DNA from: Bacteroidia bacterium
GTDB taxonomy: Bacteria > Bacteroidota > Bacteroidia > J057
NCBI GenBank assembly: GCA_030430205.1
Contig: JAUIGE010000019.1
Location: forward strand, 69,928-133,927
DNA length: 64,000 nt
Reading direction: 5' to 3'
The notes under the pieces were generated by a model that saw only the letters and a program-made list of their open reading frames with translations, was not told the origin of the DNA and did no database searches. How positions within the stretch are numbered: position 1 is the first letter of the stretch; the number at the start of each line of letters is the position of its first letter. A program made the translations under genes and the position numbers. This document shows positions 9,815 to 17,701 of this stretch, piece by piece.

Positions 9815-12800
9815 TTAAAAATTAAGTTTTATACCCACCAGAACAGTTTTTGCCAATGGATATGGGCTGACGTCCCATCCAAAAGATCCTCTTACATTCG
9901 CACGTCCATTGGTATCAGGATTGTAGCCTGTATAATCGGTGAGGGTGATCAGATTCTGGCCAGTCACATAAACGGCCCCATTTACCACCCCCAGGAAGTT
10001 TTTGGGCAAACTACAGGTTAGGGTTACTTCTCTCATTCTAAGATAGCTTGCATCCTCCAGGTAGAAATCAGAATTACCGATGTTAGCCGTTCCCTCAAGT
10101 GCTGGCGCATTTGCAATCAAAACAGGATAAACGGCATCAGGATTCTCAGTAGTCCAGGAATCCATGCGCTCTCTCAGCAAATTCTGACCTCTGCCTACAC
10201 TGGTATTGAATCCTCTCATGGTATTATAAACCATGCCCCCTTTTTGCCCCTGGAAGAAAACCCTTAGCTCGAGGGCCTTGTAATTCAGGCTGGTATTAAA
10301 TCCATAGATAAAATCTGGAAACGGACTTCCCAGTACCGTGCGGTCATCTGGGGTGATGGCACCATCGCCATCTATATCTACAAATCTGACGGCACCCGGA
10401 TAAAGATTAGGCCCACGAAGGCCCTCAGCGGCATCCACTTCTGCCTGGCTACGGTACAATCCATCCGTTTTATATCCATAGAATACCCCTAATGGCTCTC
10501 CAACGGTTACGTATGAGTAGGGGGTTTCTCCGGCAAAAGTAGGCCGGGGCAAGAGATAGGATTGGTCACCTTCACCTACTACCGCAGGATCTCCCAGGGA
10601 GGTAACCAGGTTTTTGTTCGCGGAAATATTAAATCCAAGATTCCATACAAAATCAGTTGCGTTGACAAGGACGCCATTAAATGCAAATTCCCATCCTTTA
10701 TTTTGCATGCTGCCTAAGTTCTGTACAGAGGGTTCAAGGATCCCTGAGGTTTCAGGAAGCTGAACTTCCAGCAGGAGATCATCGGTTACTTTGTTGTAGT
10801 AATCAGCAGTTACATTTAATCTGCCTTCCAGGAAGGACACATCCAGACCGACGTTTGTCTGAGTAGAAATTTCCCAGGTCAGGTTGGGGACAGGTACACG
10901 AAATGGCGAAAATCCGTTTACTGTAGTTCCACCAAAATTATAGGGGCTCGATTGCAACAGCGCCAGAGAACTGTAGGTAGGTAGTTCCTGGTTTCCTACT
11001 TTACCCCAACCAATCCGCAGTTTCAGATTAGAGAAAAGATCTACATTTTCCATGAATTTCTCATTGGAAATTTTCCACGCACCTGCAAGAGAGGGGAAGA
11101 AAGCCCATTTGCCATCCGCTGCAAATTTGGATGAACCATCTCTGCGACCTGTAACTGTGATCAGGTAGCGGTCATCATAGTTATAATTGACCCTGCCCAG
11201 GAAAGAGAGGATGCTAAATTCAGCATACCTGGAATCGACACCTGGAACAACAGAACCTCCACCCAGGTTATATGGGCCAGTAATATCGGTGGCAAAACCC
11301 TGGGCAGTTACCAGTCTGTATTCTTCTGTTTCCTTTTGTACTGTATATCCGGCAAGTGCAGTAAGTTTATGATTGCCAAAGGCTTTGGTGTAATTCAGGG
11401 TATTTTCATTCAACAAAGAAAGCCTGTTTACTGAACTTACATTAGCCGAATTCGTGGCGTTTGTTTTGTTGAACCGGGAGGTTCTGTATACATGCCTGTC
11501 GCGGTTTTCAGCATCAGCTCCTACACTTATCTTAAACTTTAAGTCGTCTGTGATCAGGTATTCGCCAAAAACATTTCCCAGAATTCTGGTAATCACATTA
11601 TTGTCTGAAAATTCATTGATAAAAGCAACGGGGTTCAGAGAGCCCTGTGCATCGGGAACGGTCGTTGGGAGATCGTCATGGGTAGCATAGCTGCCATCAG
11701 GCAGATAAACCGGCAAAATAGGCGATTGCCTGATCGCAATGGAAGTGATCCCATTTGTTGTTTCACCTTCTGTTTCCGCAGCATTGTTAATGGAGCGTGA
11801 TACATTCAAAGAGTTTCCAAACTTAAGCCGCTTACTCACATTATAATCGAGGTTTAACCTCAATGAATATCTTTCATAATCAGATCCTTTGATAACACCA
11901 TCCTGGTTAAAAAAGCTTGTAGACAGGTTATATTGAACAGCATTTGATCCACCATTTATACTTAGCTGGTGGTTTTGTATCAGGGCATCTCTGAAAATCT
12001 GATCCTGCCAATCGGTATCATTTGCAGGGGTTCCTGTGAAAACAGCAGGCTGACTACCAGCCAAAGCCCATGTGTTATAAATATCCTGATACTCCTGAGC
12101 ATTCATCATTTCTATTCTATTGGCTACAGACTGAACACCAGCGTATCCATTATAGGATACTTTGGGAGCACCCTGCTTACCTCTTTTTGTGGTAATGAGG
12201 ACGACACCATTGGCACCCCTCACACCATAAATGGCAGCTGCAGAAGCATCTTTCAAGACCTCTATTGACTCAATGTCTGATGGGTTCAGAGATGCTAGCG
12301 GGTTTTGATTTACGGTATAATCTGATCCTGTACTGCTATCAAATCCTCTTCCTGCACTGGTAGAAAATTGTGATTGGCCCGTCACCGGAAACCCATCAAT
12401 CACATACAAAGGTTCACTTCCATTCAAGATAGAGGTTGCGCCCCTGATTTTCACACTGATTCCACCCCCAGGTGCAGATGAATTGCTCGTAACAAGCATA
12501 CCTGCAATTTTTCCCTGTAAGCCTTGTTCCAGCGAAGTGATTGGCTGGGAATTAAGTTGGTCAGAGGTTAAGGATGAGACGGATCCTGTCAAATCCGATT
12601 TCAGGACGGTACCATAGCCTACAACCACCACTTCTGAAAGTGTCCGGGTATCATCCTCGAGTGTCACATTGATAACAGACCTTCCGTTTATAGCCACGAT
12701 CTGGGTCTTGAATCCATAAGACTTAACCTCCAGATTGCCTGCCCCATCCGGAACCGAAATGGAATAATTGCCGCCATCACCTGTGAGGGTGCCCTGGGTT

Positions 12801-12991
12801 GTGCCTTGAATGGTGATGGTTGTTCCCGGGAGCCCTGCTCCATCTACTCCTGTAACCTTTCCAGTTACATTAGTCTGGGCAAATGTGCTCAAGGATGCAA
12901 ACATCAGTACTGCCATTACCCAGAAAATTTTCCTTAGTCCTAAAGATCTTTTTAGCCCTAAAGAAGGATAAATTAGTTCTGCCTTTGTCAT
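9815..12991 (-). CDS. SusC/RagA family TonB-linked outer-membrane transporter
   Basis: 1058 aa with a signal peptide, a carboxypeptidase-regulatory-like N domain (VTGKVTGVDGAGLPGTTITIQG), a VVVGYGT plug entry and a C-terminal aromatic residue (KLNF). Confidence 0.92.
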   Translation of the reverse strand: MTKAELIYPSLGLKRSLGLRKIFWVMAVLMFASLSTFAQTNVTGKVTGVDGAGLPGTTITIQGTTQGTLTGDGGNYSISVPDGAGNLEVKSYGFKTQIVAINGRSVINVTLEDDTRTLSEVVVVGYGTVLKSDLTGSVSSLTSDQLNSQPITSLEQGLQGKIAGMLVTSNSSAPGGGISVKIRGATSILNGSEPLYVIDGFPVTGQSQFSTSAGRGFDSSTGSDYTVNQNPLASLNPSDIESIEVLKDASAAAIYGVRGANGVVLITTKRGKQGAPKVSYNGYAGVQSVANRIEMMNAQEYQDIYNTWALAGSQPAVFTGTPANDTDWQDQIFRDALIQNHQLSINGGSNAVQYNLSTSFFNQDGVIKGSDYERYSLRLNLDYNVSKRLKFGNSLNVSRSINNAAETEGETTNGITSIAIRQSPILPVYLPDGSYATHDDLPTTVPDAQGSLNPVAFINEFSDNNVITRILGNVFGEYLITDDLKFKISVGADAENRDRHVYRTSRFNKTNATNSANVSSVNRLSLLNENTLNYTKAFGNHKLTALAGYTVQKETEEYRLVTAQGFATDITGPYNLGGGSVVPGVDSRYAEFSILSFLGRVNYNYDDRYLITVTGRRDGSSKFAADGKWAFFPSLAGAWKISNEKFMENVDLFSNLKLRIGWGKVGNQELPTYSSLALLQSSPYNFGGTTVNGFSPFRVPVPNLTWEISTQTNVGLDVSFLEGRLNVTADYYNKVTDDLLLEVQLPETSGILEPSVQNLGSMQNKGWEFAFNGVLVNATDFVWNLGFNISANKNLVTSLGDPAVVGEGDQSYLLPRPTFAGETPYSYVTVGEPLGVFYGYKTDGLYRSQAEVDAAEGLRGPNLYPGAVRFVDIDGDGAITPDDRTVLGSPFPDFIYGFNTSLNYKALELRVFFQGQKGGMVYNTMRGFNTSVGRGQNLLRERMDSWTTENPDAVYPVLIANAPALEGTANIGNSDFYLEDASYLRMREVTLTCSLPKNFLGVVNGAVYVTGQNLITLTDYTGYNPDTNGRANVRGSFGWDVSPYPLAKTVLVGIKLNF

Positions 12992-13304
12992 AAGTTGTGT
13001 AATTAGAGATAAAAGTAAAAACTGGCTGTTTTTGCCTACTTTCTATTTCTTTCGAAAAAGTATTTTAAGCAAAGTAAAAAAAGGCGCTATTAACTCAAAA
13101 GTAAAATATATAGCCTTAAAAACAAAGTATTTATATATGAATTTATTTTGGTTTGTTCATGCCAAAATTTTATAAATAGCTTCTAATTACTTTATATGGA
13201 TAATTTTTGAGAAAATATATGCAGACAGGCCCCGCTTCCTTTCATAGTTACAATGCTTAACAAAAGATATTAAGCGAAAAAAAAGAAAGAAAAAGAAAAA
13301 TATA

Positions 13305-13312
13305 TACCTTTG
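13305..13312 (+). promoter_or_regulatory. Bacteroidota sigma-A -7 box (TAnnTTTG), instance TACCTTTG
   Basis: TACCTTTG lies 25 nt upstream of ATG 13337 and is preceded by a purine tract at 13277-13300. The same 13-mer tacctttgttttc recurs at 17672. Confidence 0.5.
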
Positions 13313-13336
13313 TTTTCGACCATATACTTGACTATT

Positions 13337-14788
13337 ATGAAAATGAAAACCGTACTCCGACTCATGCTCCTTGCCATCCTGCTTATTGAGATTCCCCATC
13401 TGACATTTTCGCAGAACAATAAGGCATCACAGAAAACGCGTGTCATCGTCACCAGTGACGGAGAGATTGATGACCAGTGCTCTATGGTGCGCTTTCTGCT
13501 CTATGCCAATGAATGGGATATTGAGGGAATCATTACTTCCAGTTCCCAATACCACTGGCAAGGGCATCATTGGCCTGGGGATGACTGGATTGAGCCATAC
13601 CTGGATGCTTATGCACAGGTTTATCCCAATCTGGTGAAACATGATCCGAGCTACCCAACGCCAGCTTTCCTACGTGAGCGTAGCCTGCTGGGCAATGTGA
13701 AGGCAGAAGGTGAGATGGACGAGATCACGCCCGGCTCCCAGCACATAGTCAGGGTACTCCTGGACGAATCGGATGATCGTCCGATATGGGTACAAGCCTG
13801 GGGCGGCACAAACACGATCGCCCGGGCGCTCAAAACGATCGAGGAGGAACATCCCGAAAAAATGGCAGAAGTGGCAAAAAAACTACGTTTCTTCTTTATC
13901 TGGGAACAGGACATAAGCTTCCAGGATTACATCCGGCCACATTGGGGGAAATACCAGATTCCGACCATCATTTCGGATCAGTTTGAGGCGATCGCCTATA
14001 GGTGGCAGCGGGTTCAGCCCGTGGAAATGCAGCCCTACTTCGAAGGAGCCTGGATGAAGAAAAATATCCTGGAAAACCATGGCGCGCTATGCTCGCTCTA
14101 CCAAGCCCTTGAAAATGGGAATTTTCGCTCGGAAGGCGATTCTCCGGCATTTCTGCATACCATCCCCACAGGCTTGCGGAGCTTGGAATCGCCCGATTGG
14201 GGCGGTTGGGGCGGACGCTATGTGCGGGTGCGGGAGAATACATGGCTTGACTCTGTGCCTGTGGCAGATTATGTGTACCCAGAGGGAAGATGGTATGGAA
14301 ACACGGGTTGGGGACGAAATAGCTTACGCGAAGGCACCACCACAACCGAAGAGCAGCGCAAGGAATATTTTAAGCCGATTTGGCGTTGGACCGATGCGAT
14401 GCAAAATGATTTTGCCGCACGGGCGGACTGGTGTGTAAATTCCTTTGAGGAATCCAACCATCCACCGATTCCAAAACTTGATCATGATGAACAACTCTCT
14501 GCAAAAATGGGGAAACGCGTTAAGGTAAGCGCAAAAGCTTCCTCCGATCCTGACGGAGACACACTTTCCTACAACTGGTTTTACCATAAAGAACCCGGCA
14601 CCTTCAAAACATCTTCTTCGGGAATCGGCCTTCCTCTTAGGATAAAAAATGCAAACAAGGCCCGGGCATCCTTTGTAGTTCCAAAGCATGCTGTTCCAGG
14701 CACATTGCATATCATCTGTGCTGTCACAGATCAGGGCACGCCAGCGATTACCCGCTATGTGCGAGTGATTATTACCGTTGAAGAATAG
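13337..14788 (+). CDS. DUF1593 (Sde182-type nucleoside-hydrolase-like domain) protein with a C-terminal Ig-like domain, secreted
   Basis: The track ORF starts at TTG 13310. ATG 13337 gives a signal peptide. The N-terminal acidic motif is VTSDGEIDDQCSMVRFLLYANEWDIEG. The C-terminal part has SDPDGDTLSYNW Ig/PKD-like character. Confidence 0.7.
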   Translation: MKMKTVLRLMLLAILLIEIPHLTFSQNNKASQKTRVIVTSDGEIDDQCSMVRFLLYANEWDIEGIITSSSQYHWQGHHWPGDDWIEPYLDAYAQVYPNLVKHDPSYPTPAFLRERSLLGNVKAEGEMDEITPGSQHIVRVLLDESDDRPIWVQAWGGTNTIARALKTIEEEHPEKMAEVAKKLRFFFIWEQDISFQDYIRPHWGKYQIPTIISDQFEAIAYRWQRVQPVEMQPYFEGAWMKKNILENHGALCSLYQALENGNFRSEGDSPAFLHTIPTGLRSLESPDWGGWGGRYVRVRENTWLDSVPVADYVYPEGRWYGNTGWGRNSLREGTTTTEEQRKEYFKPIWRWTDAMQNDFAARADWCVNSFEESNHPPIPKLDHDEQLSAKMGKRVKVSAKASSDPDGDTLSYNWFYHKEPGTFKTSSSGIGLPLRIKNANKARASFVVPKHAVPGTLHIICAVTDQGTPAITRYVRVIITVEE

Positions 14789-14793
14789 GCAGG

Positions 14794-17571
14794 CTATTCT
14801 ATCTCATTCAGGTATTTCTCCAACATGGTGTAACCATCAGATGTTAATTCATTTCTGTCCGCTGCATTTCTGGGATTCAGCCCATGTTGCTTTTCCCATT
14901 TGTCGGGCATTCCGTCATGGTCTTTGTCCCGGGGAGCCCGGCTATTTTTCAGCTCGGGCCATCCTCCGACCTCTTCCTGGGAATCAATGATTCCGCATTT
15001 TTGGGTGGAATCCGCCACGGTATGGTCTTTTTCATAGGATTGCCCTTCATAAGTTGCATATCCCTTGCGAACCTCATCCACGATGCGCGTATCTACCGCA
15101 TCGCGTTGGGGCAGGGAGGCACCCGCATGTTGAAGGACAGAAGCATAGGCTTCTTCGGCCGTTTGCTGCCTGATAGCCATGGCAGGCCAGGCTTGTTCCA
15201 GTTTTAAGCCTGCTAAATAGGAAGGCCCGTCCTGGGCCTGTACGCCTCCATTCCAGTTATCGGCTGTAACAGCCGCATTGCCTTCCATGACGTTTTCAGC
15301 AATATACCATTTGCCATAATCATCGGCTTTGTTGCGCGACCAGGGATTAGCTAGTTGGTAGGATGCTTCGCCCAATTCGGTTGCCGGTCCCGGCTTGTAA
15401 TAATTTGCAACCATATTGATGTTGCTAAAATTGAATTTCGAATTTCCTACTTGTTTCACTTCCCCTCCATAGGTACCCTTATACCCCCAATTGTAGACTA
15501 CATTATTTCTGTAGTCGGTATTACCACAACCCGACGCGAAACGAGGGTTACGGCTGGAATGATGCGCCAGGAGGTTATGATGATAGCTGCCATAATTTGA
15601 TCCCCAAATACCGCCAAAGCCATGGTTACCCCCTTTTTTGTGGTTAGATAGGTACAGGCTTTCCGAAATCAGACACCATTGAACGGTTATATTTTCACCA
15701 TGATAAATAGACATCGTCTCATCAACGCTCCAACTTGCAGAGACATGGTCGATGATTATGTTCTTGTGATACCTGCTTGTTATCGCATCCGGGTCATCAC
15801 CCGATTCATCGCCAAGTCTCACCCTGATGTAGCGGATGATTACTTCACTCGCATCAATGAGCAAGGGGTATTTTCTCAGCGCAATCCCACCGCCTGGCGC
15901 TGTTTGCCCGGCAATGGTGATAGAATCATGTTTAATTCTCAAATCACTTGCTAACACGATGGTACCCGAAACCCGGAACACCACCGTCCGGGGCCCGGAT
16001 GCTTCTACCGCAGCACGAAGGCTGCCTTCGCCTGCGTCATTCAGGTTTGTCACTTCGTATACCGCTCCACCGCGGCCACCCACTGTATATTTCCCGTAGC
16101 CTTCGGCTCCAGGGAATGCGAGCTGATTTTGGCTAAAACCCTCTGCTACCTCAACCACTACCCGCTGATACCTCGTCAATTGCGGGCTACCCTTATCTGT
16201 CACCTCGCAGATGAGGTGGATGCTTTTGCCTTTGAGTGCATCTTCGGGCACCTTAATCGAGGCATTTTGTTTCCCGGAATCCTGAATTTCAACGCTTCCC
16301 GGATAGGATCCGGCCTCCTGATATTGCCACCAGCGATAACTCAGCTCATCTCCGTCGGGATCGCTCGTCCCCTGAGCACTTAGTTTCACGATTTCCCCGG
16401 GCTTTGCCTGTAGATTTGCTTCATGAGCCAGCACCACCACTGGCGGATGATTTGCCTCCTCATAGGATTTTACACACCAGTCAGCCCGGGAGGCAAAATC
16501 GTTTTGCATCGCCTCCGTCCAGCGCCACATCGGCTTGAGATAAGCTGTAAGCTCTTTATCATTGGGGATTGCTGCGCGAAGCCGCTCGCGTCCCCAGGCT
16601 GAATTTCCATACCATCTCCCTTCAGGATACTGGTAGGTTGAATCGAGCACAGGATCGAGCCAGGTATTTTCTCTAACCCGAATATAGCGACCTCCCCAGC
16701 CACCCCAGTCAGGCGATTCCAGGCTCCGTAAGCCTGTGGGAATGGAATGCAGGAAAGCGGGGGAATCCCCCTCTGAACGAAAATCCCCATTCTCATGGGA
16801 TTTATAAAGCGAACAGAGCGGGCCGTGATTCTCCAATATATGTTGTTTCATCCAGTCTCCGACCAGGTAGGCCTGTTGCTCGGCTGGCAGATATTTTTTC
16901 CAATGGTAAAAGATGGCTATAAATTGATCCGAGATAATCGTCGGGATATTGTACTTGCCCCAATGGGGTCGGATATAGCTCTGATAGCAGGTATCCTGCT
17001 CCCAGATAAAGTAAAAGCGAATCTTATTCGCCACGTAAGCCATCTTTTCAGGATGTGTTTCTTCTATGGTTTTCAGCGCCCGGGCGATGGTATTTGTTCC
17101 TCCCCATGCCTGTATCCAGATCGGGCGGCTGTCTGATTCGTCCAGCAGGACATCGGCGATGTGTTGTGAGCCTGGGGTGATTTCATCCATTTCGCCCTCT
17201 GTTTCCACATTTCCGAGAAAAGTGTGTGCCTGTAGGTAGGCAGGGCTGGGATAGCCGCTGTCGTGTTGGAGCAGCTTAGGATATACGTTGGCGTAAGCCT
17301 CCAGGTAGGGCTGCGCCCAGTCATCTCCGGCCCATTTGTGCCCATGCCAGTGATATTGTGAACTCGAAGTTACAATCCCTTCGATATCCCATTCATTGGC
17401 ATAAAGCAAGAAGCGAACCAGCGAGCATTCATCATCGACCTCCCCATCGCTGGTGACGAGAACGCGTGTTTTCTTCGAAACACTCGGGCTTTGGGCAAAT
17501 GTATAATTGGTAAGAGAGATCAGGAGGAATATGATCCACATTAGGTTTAGCAATGGCCTTAATTCTTTCAT
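14794..17571 (-). CDS. Fusion protein: DUF1593 module + Ig-like domain + PL1 pectate lyase
   Basis: 925 aa with a signal peptide. The N-terminal ~470 aa are paralogous to 13337-14788. The C-terminal half has pectate-lyase motifs (FPGAEGYGKYTVGGRGG, IIDHVSASW, SSRNPR) and a DKDHDGMPDKWE tail common in Bacteroidota pectate lyases. Confidence 0.82.
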   Translation of the reverse strand: MKELRPLLNLMWIIFLLISLTNYTFAQSPSVSKKTRVLVTSDGEVDDECSLVRFLLYANEWDIEGIVTSSSQYHWHGHKWAGDDWAQPYLEAYANVYPKLLQHDSGYPSPAYLQAHTFLGNVETEGEMDEITPGSQHIADVLLDESDSRPIWIQAWGGTNTIARALKTIEETHPEKMAYVANKIRFYFIWEQDTCYQSYIRPHWGKYNIPTIISDQFIAIFYHWKKYLPAEQQAYLVGDWMKQHILENHGPLCSLYKSHENGDFRSEGDSPAFLHSIPTGLRSLESPDWGGWGGRYIRVRENTWLDPVLDSTYQYPEGRWYGNSAWGRERLRAAIPNDKELTAYLKPMWRWTEAMQNDFASRADWCVKSYEEANHPPVVVLAHEANLQAKPGEIVKLSAQGTSDPDGDELSYRWWQYQEAGSYPGSVEIQDSGKQNASIKVPEDALKGKSIHLICEVTDKGSPQLTRYQRVVVEVAEGFSQNQLAFPGAEGYGKYTVGGRGGAVYEVTNLNDAGEGSLRAAVEASGPRTVVFRVSGTIVLASDLRIKHDSITIAGQTAPGGGIALRKYPLLIDASEVIIRYIRVRLGDESGDDPDAITSRYHKNIIIDHVSASWSVDETMSIYHGENITVQWCLISESLYLSNHKKGGNHGFGGIWGSNYGSYHHNLLAHHSSRNPRFASGCGNTDYRNNVVYNWGYKGTYGGEVKQVGNSKFNFSNINMVANYYKPGPATELGEASYQLANPWSRNKADDYGKWYIAENVMEGNAAVTADNWNGGVQAQDGPSYLAGLKLEQAWPAMAIRQQTAEEAYASVLQHAGASLPQRDAVDTRIVDEVRKGYATYEGQSYEKDHTVADSTQKCGIIDSQEEVGGWPELKNSRAPRDKDHDGMPDKWEKQHGLNPRNAADRNELTSDGYTMLEKYLNEIE

Positions 17572-17616
17572 GCTTAATTGTATTTGAAGGCAAAGTTCCA
17601 GAAGTGCTTACATTTA

Positions 17617-17624
17617 CAAAGGTA
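17617..17624 (-). promoter_or_regulatory. Bacteroidota -7 box TACCTTTG on the minus strand
   Basis: The plus strand reads caaaggta, so the minus strand reads TACCTTTG. It lies about 46 nt upstream of ATG 17571. Confidence 0.45.
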
Positions 17625-17671
17625 TAAAAAAAGAAAGCAAACGACATAAAAGGAAAATAAACGAAAATAAC

Positions 17672-17679
17672 TACCTTTG
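17672..17679 (+). promoter_or_regulatory. Bacteroidota -7 box TACCTTTG
   Basis: tacctttgttttc is identical to the 13-mer at 13305 and is preceded by a purine-rich tract. It lies upstream of the GH105-DUF1593 gene. Confidence 0.5.
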
Positions 17680-17701
17680 TTTTCATCGCCGATTGGGAGG
17701 C

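Noticed and set aside
13187-13452. Small minus-strand ORFs (70 and 60 aa) across the SusC/DUF1593 divergent promoter region.
   Set aside because: They are AT-rich and low-complexity (poly-Phe from the purine tract). They overlap the promoter and the start of the DUF1593 gene. I consider them spurious.
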